DNA of 64,000 nucleotides from Squalus acanthias (lineage: Eukaryota), in contig CM059431.1 of the NCBI GenBank assembly GCA_030390025.1, forward strand, positions 112,098,001-112,162,000, given 5' to 3'. A program made the translations under genes and the position numbers. This document shows, in pieces, positions 54,501-62,399 of the stretch; position 1 is the first letter of the stretch; each line of letters begins with the position of its first letter. Below the pieces are notes generated by a model. It was given only the letters and a program-made list of their open reading frames with translations. It was not told the DNA's origin and searched no databases.

Positions 54501-57500
54501 CTAATGCTGATGGAAGAACATCGACACTTTAGTCACAGACTACAGGCCCAGCTCAAAGGTCCTAGCTTTAGGGCTGGGGCCTTGTGTATCTCCACTTTAT
54601 ATTGATCATAAAGATCCAACGAATTGACGTCTTGAACATTCCACAGGGTTAATGTCATAATTCTCATACCTGTATAGCATTTATATAGTTGGTCCCCTTT
54701 TTGTTCTGTATCCAGGTCAGTAAGTGGAAAGAAGATCTGTTCATACTGTGATAGCCCTCTGGGCAAAGGAGCTGCCATGATCATCGAATCTCTTGGTCTT
54801 TGTTATCATTTACATTGTTTTAAGGTGAGGCTAGGGACCAGCTATGAGAGAGAGAGAATACCGCTAAGTGATGATTAGGGATGTCTGCTAAAGACGCGCA
54901 TGCTTGCTGAGAACTCTACAAGTAGGCTTTGTATTAATATTTTGACAGTGCATGAATCCACGCAGACATTTTACTCATTATTATAAAGATAATTGCTTTT
55001 GGAAGAAAAATAATTCATTATTTAACCTTAACCCTATCCCTTTCTGGACTTGAATTCTGCATGGATTCTGCAGCTGTTCAAGAAGCATTTTAGCGCCATA
55101 CTAACCCAGGGCAACCTGTGACAAAATTTTGTAATCATAACTTTGATTCTGTTGCAGATTGGCAGAATTCACAACTTCCTGCTTATGCTTCTATCATAAT
55201 TGACAGCTTTTATTTTCAGCTAACATGGAGAGCACTTGCTTCATCACTACCTTTTTATTAGGTTTATATTTGCACAAATCTATACCTTATCAATTTGCCA
55301 TTTAACTTTTTTTTTTGTTCTTCCTACTAATGCTTGTATCTTCACTCCCTACTAATGCCTGTATTTTCACATTCATTAACACATTAGTACTTTGCTTCCC
55401 GGTGCAGAGTGACTCGACTGTATAGCTTCTTTAATGCATCAGTGATCTGTGCAGTCGCGAAAGAGACAGCAGGACCACTTTTGCTTGATGTGAACAATTT
55501 TTTTTTTTTAATTGTGCATTTTGTTTTATGCATGCCCAGGCTCGTTAAATGTCATTTTTATTTGGCCAATTTTTATCTTTCTCGCCTGCCTCTGAAATAT
55601 TTGTAGTTTTTCCTCCCTGAACCCATTGTGCGGTAGACAATAATGCCAGGATGCATTACTTGTCCACAAGCCTTTACTAATTCTGTTGAACTTGACCACA
55701 AGAAGATAATGCCAAAGGGTACCTCCCTAGAATCCCTATTTTTGGATAATTATCTCTCCTCGGTCTTGCTGACTTTCCCACTGAAGTTGAGAATTCGCCA
55801 TTTTATTGGTTTTATTTTGCACCTTTTCACCATTTGTGAAGTTAAAGGTACCTTTTAAATTATTTATATGTTGTGCCCTTTCTGTTGGCTGCCCCCAAGC
55901 TATGAGGTGTTGCCTCCTGAGAGAGTGGGCTGGTAACCTGCTCCTAGGCACCCCCTGGCCATTGTACAACTCGGAGTGAAACAGTTGTCTTGGAGGAGCT
56001 GAACCCAATGATGGCCTCTCACCAGTGAGCTGCCTAGTTACTGCTTGTGTATGAGGGAAGTAATTGGTGTGAACCTGTGACCCCCCCTTTCTGTTACGTA
56101 GCCAGTTATTGCTCTCTCATTCTGTCCTAAAATTTCGGCTGATAAAAAGACACGCTGTCTCTTTAGGACTTGATGCCTTTCTTTGACTTTCAACGGTTGT
56201 GTAATATCTTGAAAGATCTAAATAAATAGTCGTCTTTCGTGCACAGTGCATCTCATGCAGCGTTGACCTTGGGGGTACAGAATCTGGAGCAGAGGTCCGA
56301 GTGCGGAACAACAGACTCTACTGCAATGCCTGCTACATCCAGTTCAAAGGTAGGTAGAAGTTCAAAAGCAGCATCCCAGAACCTGCTGAGAGATGATCAT
56401 TAAACTTGCACATGATCATGGACACCAAGCGGGAATATCACCTGAATCATAATGAGCCCGATCAGTGCAGGTTCCATTTCCTGTAATCGAAACACTCTTG
56501 TGTAAAATTTTGCCTCCTCTTCCCTCTGTGCTCTGTTTTTTTGATGTTGCCTTTGTTTGTCTGACCTCCCATTGCTTTCAATTTCTATTAGCTTTTTTCC
56601 CCCCCACTGCTTTGTGTCTTTCATTTTCTTTCCAGTACGGTTAAGGTTGTCCACAATAACAGAAGGGGGGAGGGGGGGAATATAGAATTAAGACGGCCAG
56701 GATTGATTTAGTCACGGTGGGTATTAGGGAAGATGCTGGGACTGGAGAGATAAAAACAATTGAATTTAGAAAAGCTATTTAATTGCTGACCGTCCTCTTG
56801 AACCAGAGGTCTCTCTTACAGAACACAGCATGACCCAAGAAAGAGGAAAGAGAAGCAAATACCCTAGGGGGCATAGTCTCAGGATAAGGGGTAGGCCATT
56901 TAAGACTGAGATGAGGAATTTCTTCACTCAGCGGGTTGTGAATCTTTGGAATTCTCTGCCCCAGATGCTGAGTCTTTGAGTATATTCAAGGCTGAGATAG
57001 ATAGATTTTTGGACTCTTGGGGAATCAAGGGATATGGGGATCGGGCAGGAAAGTGGAGTTGAGGTCGATGATCAGCCATGATCTTGAATGGTGGAGTAGG
57101 CTCGAGGGGCCATATGGCCTACTTCTGCTCTTATTTCTTAAGGGAATATGTCAGACGCGAGAAATAATTCATAACTATTGCAATGATGATGTACTGCCTA
57201 TTCCCACACAGACCACTATTTCATTACTGATAACTTTTTGTGGAGGACATGGTGTGAAACAGGAATGGATGAGAGTCAAACCATCGAGAAAGCTTTATTT
57301 ACCCAGTTCAAACATTTAGATACTTGGAAAACCATTTGGAAATGCTTTGTGTGGGCATCTGTATTAAAAGGGTCATCTCAATAGTTTTGAATTATTTCTC
57401 AAGTCTGACGTATTCTTTTCTTCCAAAGGGTATTTGCTTCTCTTTCCCCTTTCTTGGGTCATGCTGTGTCACACTGAATTCCTAAATGTAACTTGTTCCC

Positions 57501-58461
57501 AAGCCTCGGTATCACTGTGAAACTGGCTTCCAGGAAACGGACAAACAGTCCATGGTAATTCTTTCCAATATTACTTCCCTGTGGGCAAGTAACTGACATT
57601 TACCTCCCCACAGCAGCATGGCAGACATTGCAGCTGCATGTGGAGGTTGACGGATATTGAGGTTTCCTTCATGACTCAGAGACACTCTGTTGAGTTACTT
57701 TTGAATTGTTCCTCATTAGTTCAACCTTCACATACAAATAAGAATGACCATTTACGCAGTAGGAGCAAATCACGAGGTACGTAGTCCACTTGAGAACTTG
57801 TTGCAGCCAACTTGGTCAGTCCATCTTCCTCCCTTCTGCTGCATTTAAAGGTCTTGTTCTGAACCCTGTCCTCAGTGTTAAATAAACCAATGTTTGAATT
57901 CGGATAGTGGGGTGCACCTCCGTGTTTTTGTCTGCAATGGTACGGGTCACCAGGTAAAGTTAGAGCTCCCTTTTTTCATGCAGTAGCTGCTACTTAGGCC
58001 CACTTACAAAGACTTCCTCTTGAAGCTACTTGGAGAAGCTTGTATGTTTGAATTTTGAACTAAAAGTTCAGGGCAATAAAATACTTTGGTTACACCATTG
58101 ATTCAAGCCAGCCTAAGTACACAAGTCTTAATAGAATTCACATCTCGAATTCACATCTTGAAGTTTGCTATTATGGCATACTTGAATAGCACCATGAATT
58201 GCACTGGTATAGTAGCATGAGTATACTTCACAAAGTCTAAGTATGAATCAGCACTGGGAAATTCTCCAGGGTTAAGTTGCAGAGTGTTTTCTGTACGCTC
58301 TTGACCATTTTTCAAACTGCAAGGAAGACTGACTATTCAGGACTGTTCTGTGGTTTTCTTTCTGGTTTCCAAGAGGCTGATCAAAAGAATCTTGACGCTC
58401 AATGACTTTGATCCATTTTGTGGCTTTTTTTTAAACAGCTGGACAACCCATGCCCATTTGA
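4896..58461 (+). CDS. LMO7: LIM domain only protein 7, 3' portion (20 exons, about 1073 aa; 5' exons outside window)
   Basis: join(4896..5016,7541..7683,12591..13026,16177..16644,17149..17263,22826..22987,24855..24961,26005..26059,34023..34079,36208..36233,36567..36671,38560..38652,42839..43251,44367..44422,45049..45207,46007..46235,52744..52986,54716..54824,56247..56349,58439..58461). All introns GT-AG with matching phases; peptides match remembered vertebrate LMO7 ([81 protein letters not shown]...LYCNACY). Confidence 0.96.
5140..5625 (-). mobile_element. CR1 LINE ORF2 (RT) fragment
   Basis: ORFs 5172..5381 and 5312..5497: [36 protein letters not shown]. Confidence 0.9.
6455..7060. mobile_element. 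Harbinger-type GC-rich MITE (same family as 23258..23851, opposite orientation)
   Basis: TIR GGCCAGGATTTTC / GAAAATTCCAGCC, flanks TTA/TGA. Confidence 0.75.
7541..7683 (+). CDS. LMO7: LMO7 exon ([28 protein letters not shown]...)
   Basis: attag| acceptor, |gtaacc donor, phase 0 to 2. Confidence 0.95.
8470..8645 (+). mobile_element. CR1 LINE 3' end fragment
   Basis: [16 protein letters not shown] followed by gggccgaatggc..tttctgtgctgta tail. Confidence 0.8.
8647..9255 (-). mobile_element. L2 LINE 3' fragment
   Basis: ORF 8857..9315 ([24 protein letters not shown]...[12 protein letters not shown]) and GCGCTATATAAAT-(GTT)n tail. Confidence 0.9.
9880..11730 (-). mobile_element. CR1 LINE, 5'-truncated, frameshifted ORF2
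   Basis: ORFs 10822..11619, 10266..10754, 9960..10256 ([46 protein letters not shown]). Confidence 0.95.
12591..13026 (+). CDS. LMO7: LMO7 exon (EFRQQG...[15 protein letters not shown]...SSLTRSYP)
   Basis: long pyrimidine tract + cacag|, |gtaagt; inside ORF 12541..13044; phase 2 to 0. Confidence 0.94.
13540..13685. mobile_element. Degenerate fold-back Penelope pseudo-LTR fragment
   Basis: cagaaaatgctgg ... ccagcatttactg..tttcagatgtccagcatctgtag resembles both arms of the 39.5 kb and 59.9 kb elements. Confidence 0.5.
16177..16644 (+). CDS. LMO7: LMO7 exon ([11 protein letters not shown]...poly-E...AAMQQ)
   Basis: ccgcag|, |gtatgt; KYNGDV motif as in LMO7; inside ORF 16159..16698; phase 0 to 0. 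Confidence 0.92.
17149..17263 (+). CDS. LMO7: LMO7 exon, PDZ N-half ([24 protein letters not shown])
   Basis: tttttag|, |gtaatt; DFGF carboxylate-binding loop; phase 0 to 1. Confidence 0.94.
18540..20350 (-). mobile_element. Old CR1 LINE remnant with a younger CR1 3' tail (18577..18720) inserted
   Basis: ORF 19585..19980 ([33 protein letters not shown]); 18577-18720 is agaacataagaaataagagcaggagtaggcc tail. Confidence 0.8.
20695..21310 (-). mobile_element. Penelope-like element 3' fragment (GIY-YIG C-terminus + pseudo-LTR)
   Basis: ORF 21088..21306 almost identical to C-terminus of ORF 31644..33104; 11-bp TSD CCTAACCCTTT (20684-94, 21311-21). Confidence 0.9.
20745..20785 (-). ncRNA. Minimal hammerhead ribozyme motif in PLE pseudo-LTR
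   Basis: minus strand ccagtt CTGACGA aaggtc ttc gacct GAAA tgtt aactct. Confidence 0.6.
21399..21535. mobile_element. hAT-type MITE
   Basis: TIR CAATGTTTCC / GGAAACATTG with perfect 8-bp TSD CTCCTGTC (21391-98, 21536-43). Confidence 0.85.
21800..22112 (+). mobile_element. Old L2 3' fragment
   Basis: ends ttaaagttgcgatataaatgcaagttgttg, degenerate L2 tail. Confidence 0.6.
22826..22987 (+). CDS. LMO7: LMO7 exon, PDZ C-half ([19 protein letters not shown]...MEVRRYG)
   Basis: gccag|, |gtaagt; inside ORF 22816..23031; phase 1 to 1. Confidence 0.95.
23258..23851. mobile_element. Harbinger-type GC-rich MITE (inverted relative to 6455..7060)
   Basis: TIR GGCCGGAATTTTC / GAACATCCTGGCC, flanks ATA/TTA; internal sequence is reverse complement of 6455..7060. 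Confidence 0.75.
24020..24230 (+). mobile_element. CR1 LINE 3' end fragment
   Basis: ttctttacccagagagtggttagaatgtg ... gggccgaatggcctgtttctgtgctgta. Confidence 0.8.
24855..24961 (+). CDS. LMO7: Probable LMO7 exon ([35 protein letters not shown])
   Basis: ttctag|, |gtaggt; open in the required phase 1, ends phase 0; position corresponds to the poorly conserved post-PDZ exon; little sequence conservation to check. Confidence 0.7.
26005..26059 (+). CDS. LMO7: Probable LMO7 exon ([18 protein letters not shown])
   Basis: taacag|, |gtaaac; phase 0 to 1, bridges 24961 to 34023 and rebuilds K-ASE as in LMO7. Confidence 0.7.
26819..27516. mobile_element. Harbinger-type MITE
   Basis: TIR GGGCCGGATATTCCGATC / GATCGGAAAATACGGCCC, perfect TSD ATT (26816-18, 27517-19). 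Confidence 0.85.
27791..28478. mobile_element. Harbinger-type MITE related to 26819..27516, inverted
   Basis: ends TGGCCCTGAATTTGCGG / CGAATTACGGCAC; internal blocks (ggggctaaaataaacttacctt; aggcgtaagaatttc) are reverse complements of the neighbour. Confidence 0.75.
29311..30255 (+). mobile_element. CR1 LINE 3' fragment (RT C-terminus + 3'UTR)
   Basis: [11 protein letters not shown] start; ORF 29328..30155 ([22 protein letters not shown]); tail ctcctatcttctatg. Confidence 0.95.
31105..33487 (+). mobile_element. Penelope-like retroelement (RT + GIY-YIG endonuclease), 5'-truncated, frameshifted
   Basis: [83 protein letters not shown] (GIY-YIG with Cys/His); frameshifts at poly-C 31454-88 and near 31741; pseudo-LTR 33105-33487. 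Confidence 0.95.
33385..33426 (+). ncRNA. Minimal hammerhead ribozyme motif (inner PLE pseudo-LTR)
   Basis: ccagtt CTGACGA a aggtc ttc gacct GAAA cg tt aactctg: CUGANGA and GAAA cores, 5-bp stem II, agtt/aact stem I, palindromic AACGTT stem III. Confidence 0.7.
33633..33672 (+). ncRNA. Minimal hammerhead ribozyme motif (outer PLE pseudo-LTR), partly degenerate stems
   Basis: ccagtt CTGACGA agggc tc gactc GAAA cgtt gattctg. Confidence 0.55.
34023..34079 (+). CDS. LMO7: LMO7 exon ([19 protein letters not shown])
   Basis: ctttag|, |gtaaaa; near-identical to LMO7 [14 protein letters not shown]; phase 1 to 1. Confidence 0.95.
35330..35552 (-). mobile_element. 5'-truncated copy of the tRNA/Deu-type SINE
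   Basis: matches 40083..40310 (aaagaaagacttgcatttatatagcgcc...gcaagctcccac). Confidence 0.8.
36208..36233 (+). CDS. LMO7: LMO7 26-nt microexon (GGSESAMSD)
   Basis: strong pyrimidine tract tttgcag|, |gtaagt; phase 1 to 0 is required to join flanking exons; corresponds to GSSDSVVPD. Confidence 0.88.
36567..36671 (+). CDS. LMO7: LMO7 exon ([35 protein letters not shown])
   Basis: tgttag|, |gtacag; conserved motif; phase 0 to 0. Confidence 0.94.
37273..37302. repeat. (CT)n microsatellite
   Basis: direct reading. Confidence 0.9.
37998..38082 (-). mobile_element. Short PLE pseudo-LTR 3' fragment
   Basis: aacagaaaatgctggaaatactcagcaggtcaggcagcatc...tttcaggtcgatgacc; 16-bp TSD ctagactc(ag/ca)agcaat with 2 mismatches. 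Confidence 0.8.
38560..38652 (+). CDS. LMO7: LMO7 exon ([31 protein letters not shown])
   Basis: tattag|, |gtaacg; conserved; phase 0 to 0. Confidence 0.94.
39554..39755. mobile_element. Fold-back PLE-derived hairpin element with central hammerhead core
   Basis: about 75-bp inverted arms around CTGACGA agggtcttcgacct GAAA; TSD CCTA(A/G)TTGGATCAA (39540-53, 39756-69). Confidence 0.85.
39660..39695 (+). ncRNA. Hammerhead core at apex of hairpin element
   Basis: CTGACGA agggtc ttc gacct GAAA cgtt aactctg. Confidence 0.55.
40083..40560 (-). mobile_element. Full-length tRNA-derived SINE (SacSINE1/DeuSINE-like) with L2-type tail
   Basis: minus strand starts GTGTCAGCCGTGGCTCAGTGG (A box) ... GGTTAAAGTCCC (B box) and ends GGCGCGATATAAATGCAAG(TCTT)n. 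Confidence 0.85.
40819..41170 (-). mobile_element. Older L2 3' fragment
   Basis: cttgtatttagatagcgcctttt..aaaacgtcccaagg tail, similar to 8647 copy. Confidence 0.75.
41569..42163 (+). mobile_element. L2 LINE 3' fragment
   Basis: ORF 41683..42147 ([28 protein letters not shown]); tail ggcgctatataaat..(ttg)n. Confidence 0.9.
42839..43251 (+). CDS. LMO7: LMO7 exon, E/Q/R-rich coiled coil ([11 protein letters not shown]...QFQQQW)
   Basis: taatag|, |gtaaga; overlaps ORF 42875..43255; phase 0 to 2. Confidence 0.92.
43706..44160 (-). mobile_element. CR1 LINE 3' fragment, same subfamily as 29311..30255
   Basis: ORF 43798..44193 nearly identical to C-terminus of 29328..30155; catagaaacatagaa tail. 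Confidence 0.93.
44367..44422 (+). CDS. LMO7: LMO7 exon ([18 protein letters not shown])
   Basis: ttatag|, |gtaagt; KSRSTTELD-like motif; phase 2 to 1. Confidence 0.9.
45049..45207 (+). CDS. LMO7: Probable (cassette) LMO7 exon ([21 protein letters not shown]...[21 protein letters not shown])
   Basis: atttag|, |gtgggg; 159 nt, symmetric phase 1-1, protein-like and resembles next exon motif. Confidence 0.72.
46007..46235 (+). CDS. LMO7: LMO7 exon (…[31 protein letters not shown]…MRR)
   Basis: cgatag|, |gtatga; conserved [12 protein letters not shown]; phase 1 to 2. Confidence 0.94.
46270..46978 (-). mobile_element. Non-LTR retrotransposon 3' fragment (CR1/L2 superclade, different from the HER1-type CR1s)
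   Basis: ORF 46314..47006 ([47 protein letters not shown]). Confidence 0.85.
46992..47753. mobile_element. Harbinger-type MITE
   Basis: TIR GGGCTGGATTTT / AAAATCCAGCCC, flanks CGT/CTT. Confidence 0.75.
47975..48871. mobile_element. Harbinger-type MITE
   Basis: TIR GGGGGAGAAATTCAG / CTGAATTTTTCCCCC, perfect TSD CTA (47972-74, 48872-74). Confidence 0.85.
48485..48523. repeat. (CT)n microsatellite inside MITE
   Basis: direct reading. Confidence 0.9.
50231..52248 (-). mobile_element. CR1 LINE fragment interrupted by a MITE
   Basis: ORFs 51788..52171, 51670..51864, 50405..50707; (catagaat)n tail at 50233. Confidence 0.92.
50813..51598. mobile_element. Harbinger-type MITE inserted into CR1
   Basis: 14-bp perfect TIR GGGCTGGATTTTAC / GTAAAATCCAGCCC; flanks TAT/TTT; CR1 sequence resumes exactly across it. 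Confidence 0.88.
52744..52986 (+). CDS. LMO7: LMO7 exon ([10 protein letters not shown]...[17 protein letters not shown]...GNR)
   Basis: tttcag|, |gtatgg; inside ORF 52709..53203; phase 2 to 2. Confidence 0.95.
53610..54349. mobile_element. Harbinger-type MITE related to 47975..48871
   Basis: starts GGGGGAGAAATTCGGTATC, ends aacgggaggcgc...AATTTCTAGCCCC. Confidence 0.7.
54716..54824 (+). CDS. LMO7: LMO7 exon, LIM domain first zinc finger ([36 protein letters not shown])
   Basis: tccag|, |gtgagg; CxxC...HxxC; phase 2 to 0. Confidence 0.97.
55323..55370. repeat. Two-copy tandem duplication of about 25 bp
   Basis: cctactaatgcttgtatcttcact / cctactaatgcctgtattttcac. Confidence 0.7.
56247..56349 (+). 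CDS. LMO7: LMO7 exon, LIM domain second finger ([34 protein letters not shown])
   Basis: gcacag|, |gtaggt; CxxC...CxxC; phase 0 to 1. Confidence 0.96.
56866..57140 (+). mobile_element. CR1 LINE 3' fragment
   Basis: aggataaggggtaggccatttaagactgagatgagg..ttcttcactcag; ggctcgaggggccatatggcctact tail. Confidence 0.88.
58439..58461 (+). CDS. LMO7: LMO7 terminal coding exon (AGQPMPI*)
   Basis: ttttttaaacag|CT GGA CAA CCC ATG CCC ATT TGA; equivalent to SGRPTAM* terminus. Confidence 0.88.
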
Positions 58462-59295
58462 GGAGACTCCAAGCGACGCAAAGGTGCTGCTACACATAGA
58501 AGAGGAGGAGGAACTTGGCTCAACACTATAAGAAACCTAACTTAGATACTCCACGTGAATGAGAGAATTTTACTTTTTTGATAATCAGAGTACATCAAAT
58601 AACGTGACTCATTTGAATTTTTAACTTCATAAAACTTTTATCACAATTGGACTGCAAATGGGGTGACTACTCGATTAAACAACAACCTTAAATTTATCTG
58701 TTTTCTTGTGAGCTCAGCATGTACAGTAGATAAGGGAATGCATGGTGTATGATACAGAAAGTGTATTAGTGATTTATAACTTTCCATTTATTTATCAAGC
58801 TGATGAGCTGTTAGCGGATGGTGCAAGGAAGGCAACTTTGCCTTTTGTGTTCATATTGCTTCTTGTAGAGCACAATTACAATGGTTTATATAAATATATT
58901 CTATTCAAAAATTTATCTGTCTTGACACTTTGAAAGATCTGTCGTGTAAGAATTTCCACGTTGCAGTAAATCATCTAAGCACATTTGTTTGCTATCTCCA
59001 TTCCCGTTGTGTTTCTGTTGAATAGGCAACTATGGAAAAGCTTAATATTTTCTAGAATGAGGGACAGGTTAAATAAAACAAGGCATGCATGTATTTTTAA
59101 TGTACAGACCTCGGACATTAAGGAGCTTTGAAGATGTAAAATCAAAATCTTTGTGATTTACTCTTGGCTTTGTGGAACTGATGGATATCTGGTAAAATAT
59201 TTTGCAAAAAAACTGTATAAAGGAAAAAATATCCATTCATTTTTGTGTTAACTTGCGTTTATAAATAAAATGAATAAATCTTCAAACCTTGTCAT
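58462..59295 (+). other. LMO7: LMO7 3' UTR (approximate end)
   Basis: AT-rich, repeat-free stretch after stop; AATAAA at 59072, 59264 and 59273. Confidence 0.6.
59264..59278 (+). terminator. Tandem polyadenylation signals AATAAA
   Basis: ataAATAAAatgAATAAAtc followed by T-rich sequence. Confidence 0.6.
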
Positions 59296-59921
59296 TAGTT
59301 TTAATATTCAAAATCACCTGATCTATCTACATATTAGAAGTATGTAAACAGGCAAGATTGGCAAGGATTTGTATACTGACAAATGGGGAAACTTGGCATC
59401 AATTTTTCTTAAAATATGTGATATTGTGACAAATTGAGAATATTCTGTCTAAACTGGAAGCTGGTAAGCATTTGTACACTCTTTCTGAAGCAGCTTATAT
59501 TTTTCCTTGAATAGTCTCAGCAGTGGTTAGAAAATGTCACAGCACTGCAGTTTAATTGAATAGTATACAGTTAACAAACTGACAAGTGCCTGATTCCTAT
59601 CAACCTGAGAGACTCCTGTGAAGTTTTACAAGCTCCAGTTGAATTTTAAACACTGCTGTGAAGTTATTCTCGGCTAATTCTGGCTAAGATTCAGCTACTG
59701 AGCATATGTGTATTTAGAAATCTAACTATGATATTAATATGGAGCAGATTATTATTAAAATAATGTGTGCATTAAAGCATTTTTTAGAATGTCACAAGCA
59801 CATAGAAAGCTGTAGTTCTCTTAAAATGGTGCCTATAGGTATGGTTTGTTATGTACTTCAATCAAATGATGCCACCTTGTGGTGTGATTGCAACAATTAC
59901 TACAAACACTGTTAATATTTT

Positions 59922-60138
59922 ACAATAGCAAAATACTGCGGATGCTGGAAATCTGAAATAACAACACAGAATGCTGGAAACACTCAACAGGCCAGGCAGC
60001 ATCCGTGGAGAGAGAAACAGAGTTAACGTTTCAGGTCTGTGACCCTTCGTCAGACGAAGGGTCACAGACCTGAAACGTTAACTCTGTTTCTCTCTCCACA
60101 GATGCTGCCTGGCCTGCTGAGTGTTTCCAGCATTTTCT
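59922..60138. mobile_element. Fold-back PLE-derived hairpin element
   Basis: near-perfect palindrome centred at 60052; perfect 14-bp TSD ACTGTTAATATTTT (59908-21, 60139-52); hammerhead core on minus strand 60018-60053. Confidence 0.88.
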
Positions 60139-60389
60139 ACTGTTAATATTTTTGTTTAGTTAACTTTGTGCAATTATCCCATTGCACAGAGTATATTTTC
60201 TACTATTAAAGCCACGTTTCTGAAATTCATTGGTGTTCTATTTGATTAAAAAAACTGAAGATACTTCAAGGCTCAAGTGAGGTATGTAGCGTCGGTTTGC
60301 TCGGAATTTTGATTTCCTGTAGAGACGTGTGCTTTATTTTTCAGTGAATTTGTTTGAGACTCTTGTGATAGATTTTGGAACTTCATTGC

Positions 60390-62112
60390 AGGTGGCAGAG
60401 GGCGAGTGACTCCTTGAAAAGCCCCTGCTATAATCAGTTCACCAATCGGTCCCAGTTGGACACCCGCCTTTCCAAGGTGGAGCCCAGCGCCTGCACGGCA
60501 GCCGTTTGAGCTTCCATCAAAGCTGCAAGGGTTGGTGGCACCGACTTCCTTTGTGAGGGGCCCGGCTGCAAGTGTCCCTGGAGATGACCGGACTTACCAG
60601 AGTAGATTGCAGAGTGCTGATTCCACGCGAGATGGCAAAGTAGATCAGTTCGAGAAGACAACCAATATGATGGCCATCAATAACGATTATGCTCAAGAAC
60701 GATTAGTTACATGCAGTAACAAGGCAGTAAGTATGCAAAAAATGCATATTTACCCCCCCCCCCCCCCCCAATCCTTTGAAGAACTGGCGATCATGTCTGA
60801 CCATTCCTTGCTCCTGTTCTACCCTTCCCCCTTAAAGCAGTTCTTTATCTACCCCCAACGCCATACGGCATCAACATGGCCGTGACATCATCCACCCTCA
60901 GCCAATCAGTGACACAAGCCCATTTAACCCATGTATGGACATGCCTCCATTTTGTTTCTCCGACTCTTTTCAGCAGTTTTCCAGCAGACAAAGCTTGAAA
61001 CAAACTGCAGTAAGTCAGTTTAGAATTACAGCACCACACAGGCTGGAGGAAGCAGACCTCCACACGGTCAGTCATATTGCTGAAACTCCTTGGCGGGCCT
61101 TCCAATACAGCAGCAACTTGCATTTATATAGCGCCTTTAATGTAGTGAAACATCCCAAGGTGCTTCACAGGAGCGATTATCAAACAAAATTTGACACCGA
61201 GCCACACAAATAGATATTAGGACAGATGACCAAAAGTTTGGACAAAGATGTAGGTTTTAAGGAGCAACTTAAAGGAGGAGAGAGTGGCGGAGGGGTTTAG
61301 GGAGGGAATTCCAGAGCTTGGGGCCATGGCAGCCTGAAGGCACGGCCACCAAAGATGGAGCGATTAAAATCAGCAATTAAAATTAATATCGATAATACCT
61401 GGTACAACTGCTGGTGTGAGGTAAGTGGTTTACTTTTCATGGCTAGGCTCCTGAAGTCCTCTCTGTCCTGCTCAGTAGAGCTGTGAGAGGACTTTGCCCC
61501 CCCCACCCCAGTGAGTGCTCTCTTGGGCCGTCCCTGTCTCCAGTAGCTGCTGCTGCTCACTCGTGCTTGGTGTTTCACCACCATCTAACCCATGCAGAGC
61601 GCCAATGTTTGTGCTGGTGCTTGGGAGGGTTGGAGCACGTGACGGTGCATCTTGAGGATGGTGGTGCTCCTCCAAGATGTCTTTTTCAGGAGCTTCTTGC
61701 TGCAGAGAAGGACCTCAGCAAATAAGGTAAGTGAGAGGTGGTGGTCCCAAAAAGATGCCAGTGTAGGGTGGGTTGGGGCAGGGAAGGCCCAAGGATTCCT
61801 TCAAGGGTCTGGAGAAGAAGAATAAATATTACCTGCCTTGGCTTCTTCTGGCCAGTCTGTTGCAACCCGGCAGGTTTCTCTGGCAGGTTTGACAACGCAC
61901 GGGCCTCCCTCGAGTCATCGTTCAAAATCACGTCGTGGTGCCGATGAGATCAAAAGGCTTCAGTGGGAGCCTCGGCCAACTGTAACAACCGTCGAAGATA
62001 AAATCGCTGGGCGGAATAGTGCGGCCTCAGGCTGGTTTATGGATTCAGATAACTTTAACCCCACTCCCCACACGGCAATCCCACCGGGCGGAGAGGGGTT
62101 GAAATTGTCCCC
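60390..62112 (-). mobile_element. Possible decayed Harbinger-family element (Myb/SANT-partner-like remnants), boundaries uncertain
   Basis: right end GAAATTGTCCCC resembles the local MITE TIRs; minus-strand fragments LAALMEAQTAAVQALGSTLER and APTLPSTSTN..GETPSTSEQQQ resemble low-complexity Harbinger ORF1 proteins (from memory only). Confidence 0.35.
61110..61375 (-). mobile_element. L2 3' fragment
   Basis: caacttgcatttatatagcgcctttaatgtagtgaaacatcccaagg tail, matches 8647 copy. Confidence 0.85.
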
Positions 62113-62399
62113 AATGTGATAGTCTTGGGATTCCCTTTTCCCAAGTTTGCCCAGTACAGCTACGAATGTTGTCTTTAAATGAGAACATGTTAAACAGCAG
62201 AAAATTCAGACCTGCTTTCCACATGGAGAAAGCTGAGGGAATGTTCCTGGAGGAAACTCACGAAGACAATGTGAGCATGGGATAGACTTGGGCAACGGAT
62301 TTTTTGTTCACTTTCCAGTCCTCCTCAAAACCTGGGATGGTCATCACAATCCTGGGTCCATGGGAATCTTCCTTTTGTAGCAAGTCTATTAAGTGCCAG

